Assembly (NCBI GenBank): GCA_965649765.1 | Contig: OZ287756.1 | Location: 64,666,001-64,730,000 of the forward strand | Source of the DNA: Bispira polyomma | Taxonomy: Eukaryota | Length of the DNA: 64,000 nt | Reading direction: 5' to 3' | Shown here: piece after piece, positions 24,611 through 38,872 of the stretch | Layout: every line of letters begins with the position of its first letter | Numbering within the stretch: the first letter of the stretch is position 1 | Translations under genes and position numbers: made by a program | The notes under the pieces: model-generated | Databases searched by the model: none | The model's input: only the letters and a program-made list of their open reading frames with translations | What the model was told of the DNA's origin: nothing

Positions 24611-26039
24611 TAATTCACAATTTCAGACCTCTACCGATGTCTTATCCACTGTTTGCAGCCTCCAACTCTCCACTTTTATAAACACACATATCCGAAATGC
24701 TAACACACATAGGTAATAGCCCAGTCACGCCTACACGTGATGACATTCCCCAACTTAGCAAAGCAATATAAGTAAAAACGGGGTAGTTTCGGGTCAAAGT
24801 GACATGATTTTTACAAAGGGGGAGTCGATTGTGACGTTTTGTGATGTCTTGTGACAATGTCGGTACTTTTACACATGGAGCGGGAGAAAAAAAACGAAGA
24901 TTTTACTGGTAGGATATCACCACCTACTAATTTATAGTGCTACTGTACTGCTACTTACAGCTGCATTCTGGTGCGTTATGATGCTTAGTGAAACGTTGAA
25001 AGGGCCTTGAGGCCAAAAGGTCAAAATCCTTACACCTTACCATTTAACTTCTAAAATTTCAAGAAAGAAGCCAAAAAACCAAACGACAAATGATAGGCCA
25101 CCAAAAACTACAAAAGTTGTTTCTTTCATTTATGTACAGTGCTATGTTGTTTTGTAAAAAATGCAGATACATTCCATCCAAACTTATTTTCCATGACCTT
25201 TAATGCTGCCATATCATTGATAACAACCTTAAGGGATATATGATTTTTGATACTTTATTCTTGCCAAAGTAGTGTTAATCAGGCCCTGACTGAAGTGACT
25301 TGCACCTTCATTATATATATAAGTTTAATTTAAAATATTAAATAGGTATATGATACCATGTACACATGATTTTATTTATTCTATTATATTTTTATTTTGG
25401 AGGGTTGTTTGAATAAAGTCTGGATAACGCATCTGCAGTGGTATTGCATTTCCCCTGTATGTTAAAATGGTGATGTCTATGGAAGCAGTTATTAGCCATA
25501 TTGCGCTTAAGCAATTAGCTAGAAAATGTGTCTGTAGTTTTGTTTAACGTGACAACCAATACCACGACCATGTTGTCACACTTAATTCGAAATATGCGCT
25601 GAGGCCATACTCTTAGTGTAATTACAATGTTATATCTTGCTGGTATATGTTGTAAAATTGTGTAGCCTAAACTTGCTCAGCACATATGGCCCTCATGCCT
25701 ATAATGACATCTAGATGAATAGTAAGTTCATTATGCATTACTATCCGGTTCAACCAACCTAATGATTGTAATGTGGCAGAACATTTATGTCTAATAAACC
25801 TTTGGAATTCCTATGTTTTGTGGACCTCTGTAAATCAGCAAAAATGCTATCTTTCATCTTTTAGCGGTGTGCCTGTGTTTTTTATGAAATTTCATGAGGT
25901 GTCTACCCTAGCTGATTCGATAGAATTTTGGGCCTACAGTACTTTACCCAGAATGGATTGAAATTTGTTATGTGATATACATTTTTCGAATATACTTCAA
26001 GACAACTGTAATCTATTTTTTAAGTTTGTCTTGAGTGAT

Positions 26040-26660
26040 ACTTATTGTTCATTCAGATAGGTTTGTGACTAATCCTAAGCACATAACCCTAGTAAGAGCA
26101 TTGGAAAGCTTATCTTTGTTGATAGGAAGTCCTAAAGTATTCATTAAATTTGATAAATCAGTAAACGTTTGATCTACTACATTTCTAGGAGCCATAGATA
26201 TATAATTGTCTATGCAGTGGGGAACCATGTGACCGTTCTTACATAGACATGACGTCAGCTACTATCTCAGAAGAATGCTGGCACATTGCGCTTCTGTGCA
26301 GCCAGCCAAATGAGACTGCTGTGTCTATGTATTACTTGGCTTCCCAAATTATTTCAAATTTAACAACGTCGATGAGTCTACTCTTAGGTTTCTGAAAGAG
26401 TGGTATACAATGTCCAGTTTGAATATCATAGGGTCTACTTGGTTATGTATGGTGTCTACAATATCATTGATGGTTCGAAATTTCAACGCAAATATTACTC
26501 CATTAAATCTTTGCCTATCGACGTTATCTTTCATAGAAATAGCCTTGGGGTAAGACAAATTTAACATTACCCTGTGTTTGTCCTCCACTTTGGGTGTGAT
26601 AGCAATGGGAAACAGAGGCATTGCACGCTTAATATCATCAACTGTGACCAACATGGCACC
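26040..26660 (-). mobile_element. Second DIRS-order RT remnant
   Basis: HRVMLNLSYPK..VD....FALKFRTINDIV..IFKLDI..SFRNLRVD; downstream LSNLMNTLGLPINKDK..VMCLG. Confidence 0.75.
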
Positions 26661-26828
26661 TGGTAAACTGTTCTTTCTCCAGGTAAATGCAAAGTTAAAT
26701 TGTATAGCAGAGTGGTGATTCTGAGTGACAGTGTAATGGAGGACACTGGGGTGTGTGAGTGGTAAGGTGAAACCAAATTTTAAATATTGTAGAAATTAAT
26801 TCCTTATGTCGACTACACTACCTTTTAT

Positions 26829-27215
26829 TTGTTAATGCTATCGTCAGCTGTTTCGGAGATGTGGTTCGACCAGACAGACATAAACATGTTATCACAGTTA
26901 TCAGTGTGGTTAGTATACATATGTTTGGTAGCTTTTTTCTTATGTCACATTCTGCTGATTTATCAATTATGTCTGAGAATATTAACAGTATCATTGACCA
27001 TACAGTTAATCATACACTGTCTTAATTTTGTTAATGCTATCGTCAGCTGTTTCGGAGATGTGGTTGGACCAGACGGACGTAAACATGTTATCACAATTAT
27101 CAGTGTGGTTAGTATACATATGTTTGGTAGCTTTTTTCTTATGTCACATTCTGCTGATTTATCAATTATGCCTGTGATATATTAACAGTACCAATGACCA
27201 TACAGTTAATCATAT
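26829..27215. repeat. 199-bp tandem duplication (2 copies)
   Basis: gttaatgctatcgtcagctgtttcggagatgtgg at 26831 and 27030. Confidence 0.92.
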
Positions 27216-27349
27216 TTCAGATTTATTTTTGATACATGGTTTTGTTTTCCAAAATGTGCTCATTCAAAGCATAGTGATCTGAAACCCCATCAATTGTCCC
27301 GTGATAGTTTTAGTAATGTTAAGGGTTTGATTGTGACATGTTGAGGTGT

Positions 27350-27356
<7 letters not shown>

Positions 27357-27418
<62 letters not shown>
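27357..27418. repeat. (TA)n microsatellite
   Basis: About 31 TA units. Confidence 0.98.
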
Positions 27419-27423
<5 letters not shown>

Positions 27424-29508
27424 CCACCTGATAATTACACCTTTGTGGAAATAAACACCCTATTATACCGTCAGTGCTATTGATGAAAATGATAGATAAG
27501 TTTCACAAGTACTCACAATAACGAAGCCAATTTGCGACAGAAATGGTGTCATATCTATGACTGCCAGAGATTAAGGAGCAATTAGCTTCACTATTAAAGA
27601 CTTGGGTTGCTTCTTATAGTTTGTTAACAGTATATCAAACAGCTATGATCTGTGAAGTTAGCAGTGTCAGTGAAGACTTTAAGGTTATGAGCGTTTTTTA
27701 TTATCAAAGCTGTGTCGTTTATTTGTGCTTTGCTTTTTTGAGACATACTGACAACTTATTGGGCCCTCTTGACTGTTACTAGATGCAGTGATAGCATTAA
27801 GAGCTAGAACAAATTTATAATTAGAAGAAAAGTGGTTGTTATAATAGTCAGAATAATGGTCATATTTCCACTCATTATGTCTATGACTTTCGATGTTTTA
27901 CGTTGCTGTTTGTGGTAGTGCTATTACATTTATACTCAGAACAGAGTCACTGAAGACTTTTTAAGAATAACATGTGTTATCAGATATTATTTAAAAACTA
28001 TACTGGGCGTGGGCTGTAGAGTACTTTGAGCTTCAGTTTGCGATTGGTTAAAAAACACAGCCACATGGTTTATATTTACTGCAAACCATAGTCTAATCAT
28101 GTGGACTAATGATGTTAAAGCAGACAGCAGAGACCTGGCTTAGTCCATCTCTATGGCCATTAAACTCCCATTAAGTGTTACAACTTCTTAGTAAAACATC
28201 CTGTATGTCTATATACGCACTACTCACCCCTGTGTCTTGTCATTACTCCCCTGTGGTTTAGTGTGACCTTGGATTAGTAGCCAACTCACACTATAATAGG
28301 TCAAAGTGGTGTTGAGTTTGCAAATGAAGGTAAATGGGTCTCCCCTTCTCTTTACACGTTTGGTTATTTCTTCTTTTATTCACTCTACCAGAAGTTGCAA
28401 TTGCATTTTTAGGCTTGTATATTTTTGTCTTATTATATGGAACATGTACATAAAAAAGTGTAGTTTTTACAGGAAATTTCAAGGGTTTTGTCGTCTATTT
28501 TATATACTGTTCTACACAGAAATCAGGCAAATGATTTATTTAGGTTTATAAAAAAAATAAGATGCAGCTTTCTAAATATAGATTTAAAGTTCATTAATTT
28601 CTTTAAGGTAACAAGTCATGACATTATCTTTGTATGGCTTAGTTTTTTTTTTCCAATGGATTTTCACTATTGTTGCACTGTTTTGGGAGGTTTGACATAC
28701 GCTTAAAGCATACTCACACAACTTACCCTAAGCCACGCTCGTTTTGCAACACTTTGTCTACTTTTGTTATATATGTTTTATGATACATGTCAGTCGTGCA
28801 GTTTTACGATTATGTACATATTAACATACAAAGTTATATGGATGAGGGACGAATACCCCCCCCCACACACACACACATTTCCTTAAAGGCAAACTTGGTA
28901 TAGATTTCTTTTTCTTTTGCCACTGAGCTGTGGAGGGGTTAACTCTGGTTAAGGATGACACTTTTAAAGTCTGTCACTGGTATTGACACCCATGTAAAGA
29001 ATTAGCTAGGGATTTTTTTTTTTTGATTTTTTATTAGCAATCCACTAAAGAATCCCATTTATACTCATACATCTTAGTCTGCACCACACAAATCTTGTAA
29101 TACCCACATGGTGGGGTCATGTGATCAATTTACAACGTGTAAACTTCAGATGTGGTTCCAAGTGATTCATCTTCTCTGTACAGTATTTTGTGTCTCTTTA
29201 TTCTAGTGAACAAATGTAAAGTTTGAAACACTGCCCTCTATTAGGCTTATATATATCACTTTTAAAGGCAATAGACAACATAACTGGTGCAGTTGGTGGA
29301 GTCTTTATTTGTATAAGATGTCTAAGTGCAAGGTACAGTGCAATCAAAAAGTATAGTGGTCTCTGTAGATGGATGGAAACAAATAATTACGAAATTCTGG
29401 TATATTACTAGCGATACAGAGAAAATATTTTAGAAATGTCTCTCCTGATTTCACCTTTTGATTTCAGTGTTAATTTTAGCTTCTACAGTAGCTCTTATCA
29501 GTTAGTAT

Positions 29509-29810
29509 GGTCTCTGTGGTCAAGTGGTTAGAGTGTCAGACTTTGGATCTGAGGGAACAGAGGGTCCAGGTTCAATCCTCACCTGGAGATTGTACTCTTG
29601 CACAAGGTGCTTTACACAAAGCTGTCCCTCTCCACCCAGGTGTATAAATGGTTACCTGGCTGCTAATGGGTGTTGGTCTCTGCATCATATGTGGAGAGTC
29701 AACAACTGTTCGACAAGTGGAAGAACCCAAGCTGAAGGCGTAAACTGTGCAAAGTGCTTTGAAAGAAATTGCTATATAAATGCCAATTTATATTTACATT
29801 ACATTTACAA
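29509..29810 (+). mobile_element. tRNA-derived SINE with CORE-like centre and L2-like tail
   Basis: tggtcaagtggttagag A box; ggttcaatcc B box; ccctctccacccaggtgtataaatgg core; gctatataaat tail. Confidence 0.8.
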
Positions 29811-29895
29811 ATGTGTTAATCGGTTATTGTCGCAGAAGCTTTACATATTTGACTGAAACGAGGAGTAAATATTGTGTGTTCTTATAAAACACTAA

Positions 29896-30450
29896 GCCTA
29901 CACTTCCTTTCAGCATGTTTTTCTCGTCCAATGTCGGCGACGTCGGCCGATTTTTCCTATTATTACACAAAACTAGCACATGCTTCCTTTCAGCATATTT
30001 GCAACAGATAAGATCAGACTTCGGCTGACGCCTTTTGGGCCAACAGATTTAACCCTTAGGGAGGGGAAAAATCGGGAGGACTGTCTGATTTTGAAACAAA
30101 AGTGGACAAATCCACTGTGATATAGGTATAGTTTTCATTCTATATATACATAATAATTGTCAGATGTTGACATTCAAACTGGCAATATTGTAAAATAAAA
30201 TATTGAGGAAACAAAAATTATTTTATTTTACATAGAACAAATCTGATGAAGGGAAGCCTTTACATCGGCCGATGTCGAAATGTGCTAAGCTAAGTCTATG
30301 CTTCCTTTCAGCATGTTTTTCTCGGCCGACGTCAGCCGATTTTTCCTTTATTACACAATACCATACTTTTAGCATATTTGCAACCGATCAGATCTGACAT
30401 CGGCTGACGTCTGTTGGGCCAACATATTTTTATATATCAGGGAGGGGAAA
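29896..30450. mobile_element. Two adjacent partial copies of a PIF/Harbinger-like MITE
   Basis: taagcctacacttcctttcagcatg and taagtctatgcttcctttcagcatg starts; same TIR family as 33416-33735. Confidence 0.6.
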
Positions 30451-30581
30451 AAATCCTCAAGCACCTCTGCGCCCATAGTGGTTGCTCATGAGGAAACGCA
30501 TTTGAAAGGACCATGTGTTCTAAAAGTGCGCTATAACAAATACATTATTTCATTTTCATTGCATGTACACATGGAAGAGAA

Positions 30582-30826
30582 GGGGCCGCGGTGGCCTAGT
30601 GGTTAGCATTGCGCTTTGCAATCACTGGTCTCTCACCTATGAGCAGCATGAGTTTGAATCTTGTCCATGCCTATGTTGGAAAGGTGGTAGTTCTTTACTG
30701 TGAGACGCTGGTTTTAGTGCAGAACCTTGATCAACTGTATGCAGTGTTTCCTCCAGCGTTTCCAACTACCCGTCCCAATATAACCTAAACTAGGTACTAG
30801 AGTGGACGTTATCCAAATTCAATTCA
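30582..30826 (+). mobile_element. tRNA-derived SINE (same family as 1221), uninterrupted
   Basis: ggggccgcggtggcctagtggttagc..aatcactggtctctcacc..gagtggacgtt; degenerate TSD acacatgg. Confidence 0.88.
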
Positions 30827-31699
30827 ACACATGGGACAGTAATTAGTAGTTAATTCTTGATCAACAATTAGGCGTTTTTTAGTTAATAATAAAATGTCCC
30901 TAATGTAATCATTACCAACATTTGACAAATAAAAATTAACGTGTATACATGATAAGTTATGGAAAATATCATTGAAATAGACATATTGCCGATATTGGTT
31001 AATGCCTGCCCTCGACTATGGTACCCTCAAAAATTACAGTCAGAACACCCTTACATATGCTAGTTTATTCACTATTACCTGTCCAGTTCATGTTCCAGGC
31101 ATAATTAGGCTCCAACAAAATATAATGAAGTCAAGTTGTGGGTTGCATGAGGATCATATCTAGCCCGAGGAATATAGGGGAAAAAACATCTCAGTTAAAT
31201 TATTACCGACAAAAGAGCCTGTACCATGCACAATTTAATTGCCACACAAAATTGTGCACTCTCATGTATATCCATATAGCACACCCAATACATATTTACC
31301 TCACTAATCCTTTAAAATGGAGATATATTGATTGCTATCGCAAATAATTTGGGCATGGAATATCCATGTATTGGAAGGTACTATCGTCTAAAATTATCAA
31401 CATGATATTGTTTAAACTTGTACCCTTTTTTATAGAAAAAAATATATATGGAATACTAGCATAATCTTGATACCTACCATTTTGATACAATTAAGTGAGT
31501 TCTAAAACAGCCCAGTTAACAAGTATTATAACACTTGTTTCACAAACATTCTAGGTCCAATTAGCGGGTAGGGTTTGTAAATGCTCTTTTGCAACCCTCT
31601 CACCTACCCAACACATAGACAACCTCCCCCATTCCCAAAAGAACCCCCCCCCGCCTTTCTCCTCCCGTCACCATTTTTTTTTTATTTTTTAATGCTTTA

Positions 31700-32907
31700 A
31701 AACAATGACAGGCAATGCACAGGAGAGCACTGACGGACATTCACGAGTCATTTTGCCGGAGATTGACGAGTATTGACGGAGACCCACATGCAAGTATTGT
31801 TAGACATACACGAGTGCAATGCCGAAGGGTAGCTGGGTGCTGTGGAGAGAGGGGAAAAGGGGGGAGATTTGTGCTCGGCAAACAAGGGGAGAGAGTAAAA
31901 CTCGTGTGGCATTTCGCAGCAGTTTAAATATTGTGGGGGAGCCGTGTGTAGTGTGCAGCTAGCTTGTCTCAGTGGAGGTAATACAAGGTGTTAATCATAA
32001 GGACTTAATAGGTTGGTGTGGGTAGGGTGGTTGGGGGAGTGAAACTACTTGTGAGCTAATCATATATGTGTGTCAACTATAGTATTCTTATATGTGTCGC
32101 CTAATTCTGCACTGTTGAGTAGGTCTAATTTGTAGAAAAAAAACCGGCTAATTACTGAAATAATTAGACAAGAAGAGAGTGACAGGAAGAAAGTAATTGG
32201 TCGTTATTTTAGGGGAAAGGTGCCTGAACATTCGTTTGTTGTTTTTTTTTGCTGGACAAAAAAGGAAAGATAACTTGCACAAGCTCAAAAAAAAAAAAAG
32301 TTTAGTTTGGAAGAGTTCACAAAAAAAAGTGGCTCATTACTTGAAAAAAATTGCCAGTGCTAATAATGTACAGTGTTAATATAGGAAAAATAGATGGCAT
32401 GTCATTATCGAACTAATGAAACTAACAATACTGCATTGTTTGAAGAAAGACGAGGGGAAAAACACTCTGACAATAAATTGTATAAGTGGAATAGTAATAT
32501 GTTTGCTCATGAAAGATAAGAGTGAATCACAAGTGTAATTGAAAAAATGAGAAAATACTGATCCCTACTTTAATTTGCCTGTAAATGCAAACAAAAACAA
32601 TACTAAAATTGTCGTTTTGTGTTTGTATAGTGATACTAGATCAGCCGACATTTATTTATATGATGTGTGCTGATATGAAGATGCCAAATCTCTGAAGAGG
32701 AACTGAAGTAATTTCCTGCAAACGATTGAATAGCACACATTTGACAAACATTTTGGATATATATGTATGAAACGGGAGGTAGAGATATCAGTAGAGACAG
32801 ACCACGTAAAACTTTTACATAGATTTAGTTATAAAATAAGAGATTGTAGTACCTAAAAGATTTGCAACCAAAAAAAGACTCGTCCTGGCTTTGAGAAACT
32901 GGTGAGT
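31700..32907 (+). other. Candidate promoter / non-coding first exon ending at a splice donor
   Basis: Locally CpG-richer stretch, then purine-rich UTR-like sequence with no recognisable repeat, ending ctg|GTGAGT at 32901/32902 with an abrupt shift to T-rich sequence. Confidence 0.3.
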
Positions 32908-33257
32908 TTTATTTTTAAAATATTTCATAATTTAATTTCTTTATTAAGTTATATATTTTCTTCTGCTTGACTTGGGTTATTACTTGACTGCATTAGTTGC
33001 ATATGAGATATTGCATATTGTTTTTTTTTTTTTTTTGGTTTTCTAATTTAAAATTATATGTTTTAGTATCTGATACCAAAGTTGTATCATCCTCAATAGA
33101 CCAAGCACAATATATGTTATACAATCAAAAATATTATATTATTAAGGCACCACCGGGGCAACTATATAATACTTTATTATTTATTTGTTTGAGAATATAA
33201 AAAAAAAATAAGATACACTAGTTAAACATACATGATATAGACATAATTTATAAACCA

Positions 33258-33755
33258 GGGACTGTATGCTCTGAGGAAGCTAAGACACATACTGCACTCT
33301 AATACAGGCTGTGTGTGGGAAGCCCTGTGTACATGAAAGTAACCTGTACTTGTGACCAGTCATCTTAATAGAGCTTCCAGTGCTAAATTTAAATATGCAG
33401 GTCAGGTTTACTTTAGCCTATTCTTCGTTTCAGCACATTCTGACGTCGGACGATTTGAAGGTGTCCGCTTCAATCCGACGTCAGCCGACGTACATTGTGC
33501 TTCTTTTTATCCGATTTATACTAAAAACTCGTCGGATGTTGACTTGGAAAATGGCAATAGAAAGCGTATTTTATTATGATTACTATGCTTTTTCCCACAG
33601 AAAGTCTGTTAAGAAGTAGCTGAGATATATATACAGTTAAATAAGGGTACCCATATCCACTTTGGTTTGTAAGTTGTGATGTAACTACAAAATTGACGTC
33701 ATTATGATGCACATGTGCTTAAAGGAAGCGCAGGCTTACTTCACTCTAGTCTAAA
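33258..33755 (+). repeat. Old interspersed repeat hosting a MITE (siblings at 58076-58290, 61930-62075 inverted, ~56630-56720)
   Basis: Shared gtgtacatgaa..tgtgacca.tcat..cagtgctaaat.taaatatgcag..cttcactctag. Confidence 0.6.
33416..33735. mobile_element. PIF/Harbinger (Tourist)-like MITE
   Basis: TIRs gcctattcttcgtttcagcacat and atgtgcttaaaggaagcgcaggc; TTA TSD at 33413-33415 and 33736-33738. Confidence 0.75.
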
Positions 33756-34149
33756 TCGGTTAAAAATGGCATCACAATATCACCAGATTGTCACAATAAC
33801 ATCACAATTAAAAATGTTTACCTCAAATTTAAAGTTTTGTTGGCTAAATTTGTTTACATTGATTGTTAGGTTATTGATCAACTTTTTTGTTATATTTTAG
33901 GAAATACCAAATATCTTTACGGACTACTTATGATCACATTTCCTCCTATTTCAATTATAACTTCCTCTAAAATGATCAAACTTATGCATTACGTTTAGAG
34001 GTTTGCATACAATGTTAATTGAAAGTACCCACAATCTCATAATTTCAAAAAACTAATCACAATATCTAAACTTATACCATCTCTCAATGAAAATCACAAT
34101 ATCGCGATACACAATGATATCACTACGAGTGTAGTCAGATATATATGGA

Positions 34150-34480
34150 GGACTCCATATTTAAGTCTAAGATGAGCTTGAGATCTTTCGAGAAGACGGC
34201 TCTAGTACCAGAAAAGAGATCGACAGCAAAATGACAACCAAGAGAATTAATAATGACAGCTAAAGGAAAAATCATCGTTAAGAGGAAGACGAGTCTTTAT
34301 CTGATTCCTAAAGGACTGCAATGTACTGGCAGTTCTAATGTGATATGGCAGGCTAAAATACCACATAGTAAGTCCATCATAGGGACAGTAAAAATAACCA
34401 TTGTCTAAGTAAACTATGGGGCCAATGTAATTTGGGGTTAAAATTAGGTATATAAGATCATAATGTATAAGATAGTGTCC
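34150..34480 (-). mobile_element. CR1/L2-like LINE 3' remnant
   Basis: W..SLPYHIRTASTLQSFRNQIKTRL resembles the ORF2 C-terminus. Confidence 0.55.
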
Positions 34481-37400
34481 ATAAAGATGCATGGTTACAA
34501 CATTTATTATCTACTTGGCCATGAGATACAGCGACTTGGTGGTTGATATGGGCCGAGTGATACAAAGAGCCTGTGAAAATGCATATAAAAACATATTTCC
34601 ACGTTTGAATGTCAATCTTATGCAAAAAAAATGTTACATATTGAAGATGATAAACAGATCTGTTAACATAAAATATGAACCTTAAATAACATGAGGGAAA
34701 AGTAAACTCGACTTTTAGTTTGTAGTTGAAGGTAATTATCTATGGTAACAACTTGATACTTCTTTGCTTTTATTATGAAATTTGCCCTGAATTTTCAAAC
34801 TTTAGTTGAAGCCATTTTTTCCGGTAACAACTTGTGTCACTAAAACACACACACACCCCTGACAACTTCGGTCATTTCAAAATGGCGTTGTGTATAATTT
34901 GTTTTAATAAAATATTGTGCAGTGCTTACAAGTGGCTATTGTGTGGTACTTAAAGAAAGTGAAACAATAATAGTCGACAGACATGGTATGGCGATCACAT
35001 TTCAGTGTCGACTGTCAGTCGACAGACATGGTCATTAACAGGGTTTAACTTCATAAGCAAATTGGTATTACTTCTGTTTCTGATATTGTTTTTAGTGACA
35101 TGATTTTATCTATTTATTGCGGTACATACAAAGGCAGATTACAAAATAGATAGAAAATAAATTCAACTATAAGATAGAAAAAGAAACATGCCCCCCCCCC
35201 CCCCCACCCACCCCCCCCCCCCAAAAAAAAAAAATGGTCTATTTACAATACTTCAGTATTCTACCATGACTATAGACGATGCTTATTACTCACGTCCCAA
35301 CATGTTTTATATAATATATCAAAACAATTGATTTTTTGAAATATCTTTTGTTACATTCCCAATGTAATAATACAGTCTGGTATGATAACTATACTTTTCT
35401 GACATTATCATCACAATGTATGTGTATTACTTGAAGAACCAATGACACAGAGTTACTAAAATGTATCAAAATTAATTTTTTATCTTGTTTATTTTGTATT
35501 GATCAAACCAGGAAAATTCAGACTCTCACTGACTAGTGATTGACTGAGACTTTTTTTTTTTGCTAATTTTACAGCACAAGCTTAGAATAACTTTATTTTT
35601 TACTTGCTACATTGTTAATGGAAAAAATTAGAAAACGACTATGCAGTTGAGTGTCAAATAGATATGGTTGCTAATACCACCAGTAGTACTCACCTTTAAA
35701 ACACACACACACACATCCTATACATACATATATATACAGGCATAAGAAACATCTGGGACCCACAAGGGGAAAGTTCACCAGTCATAAATCTCTGCTAATT
35801 TATGACAAAAGAAACTAAGAAGTAATTAATTGTCGGCCAAAGGAATTGAGTAGTAATTTACAGTCTACATTAGTTGATGATAAATCACACTTTGTTTCTT
35901 TTTTTTGCTAAAATCCTATCCTTTTACACCAATATTCGATGATGCTTGTTGGGGTGGTTACTCTAGAGAAAAAATAATATTTTAAACATAGTTTGTAGCT
36001 GTAGCTACAGTTTTGTTTTAGCTACCTCATTTCCATATTTTTACAAATTAAACCCAGCTGCCTGAATATGAATATGAAATACTTGAATATATGGTGATAA
36101 CTTCTAACTGAAATATACCTAGGTCTCATTTCCATGGATGGCTGTTACAAATGCTCCACAACTGTCTTCATAGCGATGAGTGGGTTTAAAATTCATTTCA
36201 TGTTTGCCTATATTATGTCCTGGTCCCACCGGCCGTCACGTTAGGAGTCGTTAGAAAATTAATTTGCATAGGGTTTGCATGGAGTATGCAGGAGTTAACG
36301 TAATATACATAAACATACATAACCTGGCGTGAGAGATGAGATGCAAGAAATTTATCATTTTAAACCGTTTGAAATATGGACATGCAAGAGATGCAAAAGT
36401 ATGACGTACTGAAACATGGATATGCATCACAGTGTGTAAATGTGCGTCATTATGACGTCCTTTTACGTGTACTGGCGTACTCATACATGTCATATGGGGG
36501 TTCAAATACGTACTTGGACGTGAACTTATGCACCCCTTGTGAGACTTTACAGGTTTTGACGTACTAATACATGAATTTCAACATCTGTTGACGTCTTCAA
36601 CGTGGAGAAAATGGCAAATTTATGGTTTTGCATGACGTTTTGCATCAAATATTTTACAAGGCCATGCGTGACTTACATATCCTAAGGTAAGAACGCTTTG
36701 GAACTCGTTGATATTTGTTTCAAAAGTTTTGAAATGTTCCAAACTTTCGTGGATGATTACTCATTTGTGAGGGTTTTTTTTGGTTGGGGCGGAAGAGTAT
36801 TCATCATGATTAGTTTTGGAACATTTCTCATCAGTAGCAGGTTGCGCTGGCTCGTTTTTGCTCATTTTTGCTGTTATGTCTTTGTTTCTCATTAGCAAGT
36901 GTTAGTGAAGGTATGTGTCACTTTTGTGGCAGGTCTGTCAAAGTTTAGTTTTAAACACGTCCCAACTTTGTGGCAGTGGGGCTGGGGGGTGGGCATGACG
37001 GGATTCGATGGGGTGATCTATTCGTGGGCCACAAGCCAAGAACCTGATGTAAGGAGTACTGGTGACCGTCAGTCTGAATGAAACCAAGCCTTAAGTTACA
37101 TACCTCATCTATAGAACTCAAAATAATGTTACACTCATAAGTTTTAAAGATGTTTCTTCTATGATTTCCAATCAGAGATTAATGCAAACTTGATCATACC
37201 TATTTTATATAACAACGGAAAGATGGTCTGGGTTCACTGCACACCTGCCTGCAGTAATTTAGTAACTCTCCGAGGTTGTCATTAACTGTTGTTAAACTCT
37301 GATCAAGAGGTATATTTCAAAGCTCTGTTTATAAATTATGTGTACATTATTATACCAGCTGTATTCATAAAACTAACATAAATACCAGCTGTTACAATGA

Positions 37401-38616
37401 TTCTTTTAAGATAGCATAGTATATATATATATACATATACACTGCATGTTCCATCTAATCTAACTACAGGTGACTTGCGCACAACAGCGACAAAAGATAT
37501 GCGGCTCAAACTTCAGCTTATATTTATCAACCCATGACCTAATTTAAGTTTCATTTCTGTAGAAAAAAATTAATATTTTTCTATCAAAACATTTGTTATT
37601 GAATCACATGGTTACAATACAAAAAAGACAGGAACAATAATGAAAACAAAAATCACAAGTTTTACTTAACCATACGAACAAACACAACTACTCATTTTGT
37701 TTAAAGTTTTGTTAACAGTGTACAAGATATTCACAAAGTCACCTTCATTTATCTCAGTAACAGAGTTGATATATATGTTGTGACAGAAACTCCAATCTGA
37801 CTAGATTTTAAATTATGTCAACAAAAACTCCAATTAGTATTTATGTCGACAGAAACTCCAATCCTAGTTTATTCTTCACGATGTGCATGATTAGTTATTA
37901 TTTGAATATATGTCGAGAGATTTTTAAATCGTCAAATTAGAGTTTCTGTCATGGCATATAAACATATATATTAGTGGAACAACAAATTTATGTTGGCTTA
38001 TTTATGTTCTTAGATTCACCAAAATTAGCTTCATCTGAAGCAATGTTTACTTCTTTGTACATTTTCCCATGAGTTGATATATTTATGCCCATTTCAATTT
38101 GTTTCTTAGTTTGTCATCAGGGTTTTTTTTTTTTTTTTAATTCTACTAAACCTATTGACATGAACTAGAGTGATTAGATTAAAGTGGTGGATCCGGGAAG
38201 AATGATGGCAAAATCAGGAGTTTTGATTTACCTTTTGTGGCACAATTAATATAAATGATACCAAAATGCTTGTATACATATGGAATATAATCCAATTATA
38301 TTACAGGCTTATCTATTTCAATTGCTCTTGTTTTACCCCTTGGTATCTAACAGGGATAATCCTGTATATATGTGTGGTCTTAGTGAGATAGTAGGAAGGG
38401 TTATCCTAATTCAATGTTATAATTGCCAATTATTACAGTGCATATGACTAAGCTCACTATGTGGTTTAAGTAATCTACTTGATATGCATACATCATAAGG
38501 GTAATGAACTGTTTGTATTTGACGAATTAAAGTGAATAATTCAAAACCTCATTTTGCCATATGATACTTCAATAAGTCATTTATATTGTATAGTGAGTTG
38601 AACTGCATACACAAAT

Positions 38617-38872
38617 TGGTCTCTGTTTGTGTGACTTTGGATCAGAGGGTCCAGGTTTCTGCTGGCCAGGTGAATGTACCATTGGAGAAAGGTTTCACAA
38701 AGTTGTCCCTTTCTAGCCAGTTGTATAAATGGGTAAGTGGCTGCTATAATGGGTTACAGTCTTTGTGCTCCGTATGTGACAGCATGGCTACTATTTGCTT
38801 CTTAAGGGAGCAGGGAGTGAACAATTGGTTGACAAGTGGGAGGACTGGCTGGTGTTATAAACTGTGCAAAGT
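38617..38872 (+). mobile_element. Degenerate CORE-like SINE (family of 29509)
   Basis: gactttggatcagagggtccagg..gtataaatgggt..gacaagtgg..aaactgtgcaaagt. Confidence 0.65.

Noticed and set aside
26829-27185. 118-aa hydrophobic ORF as a membrane protein
   Set aside because: Lies entirely within a 199-bp tandem duplication read in shifting frames.
29509-30670. tRNA genes at A/B-box sequences
   Set aside because: No complete cloverleaf; the heads run into repeated SINE bodies with tails.
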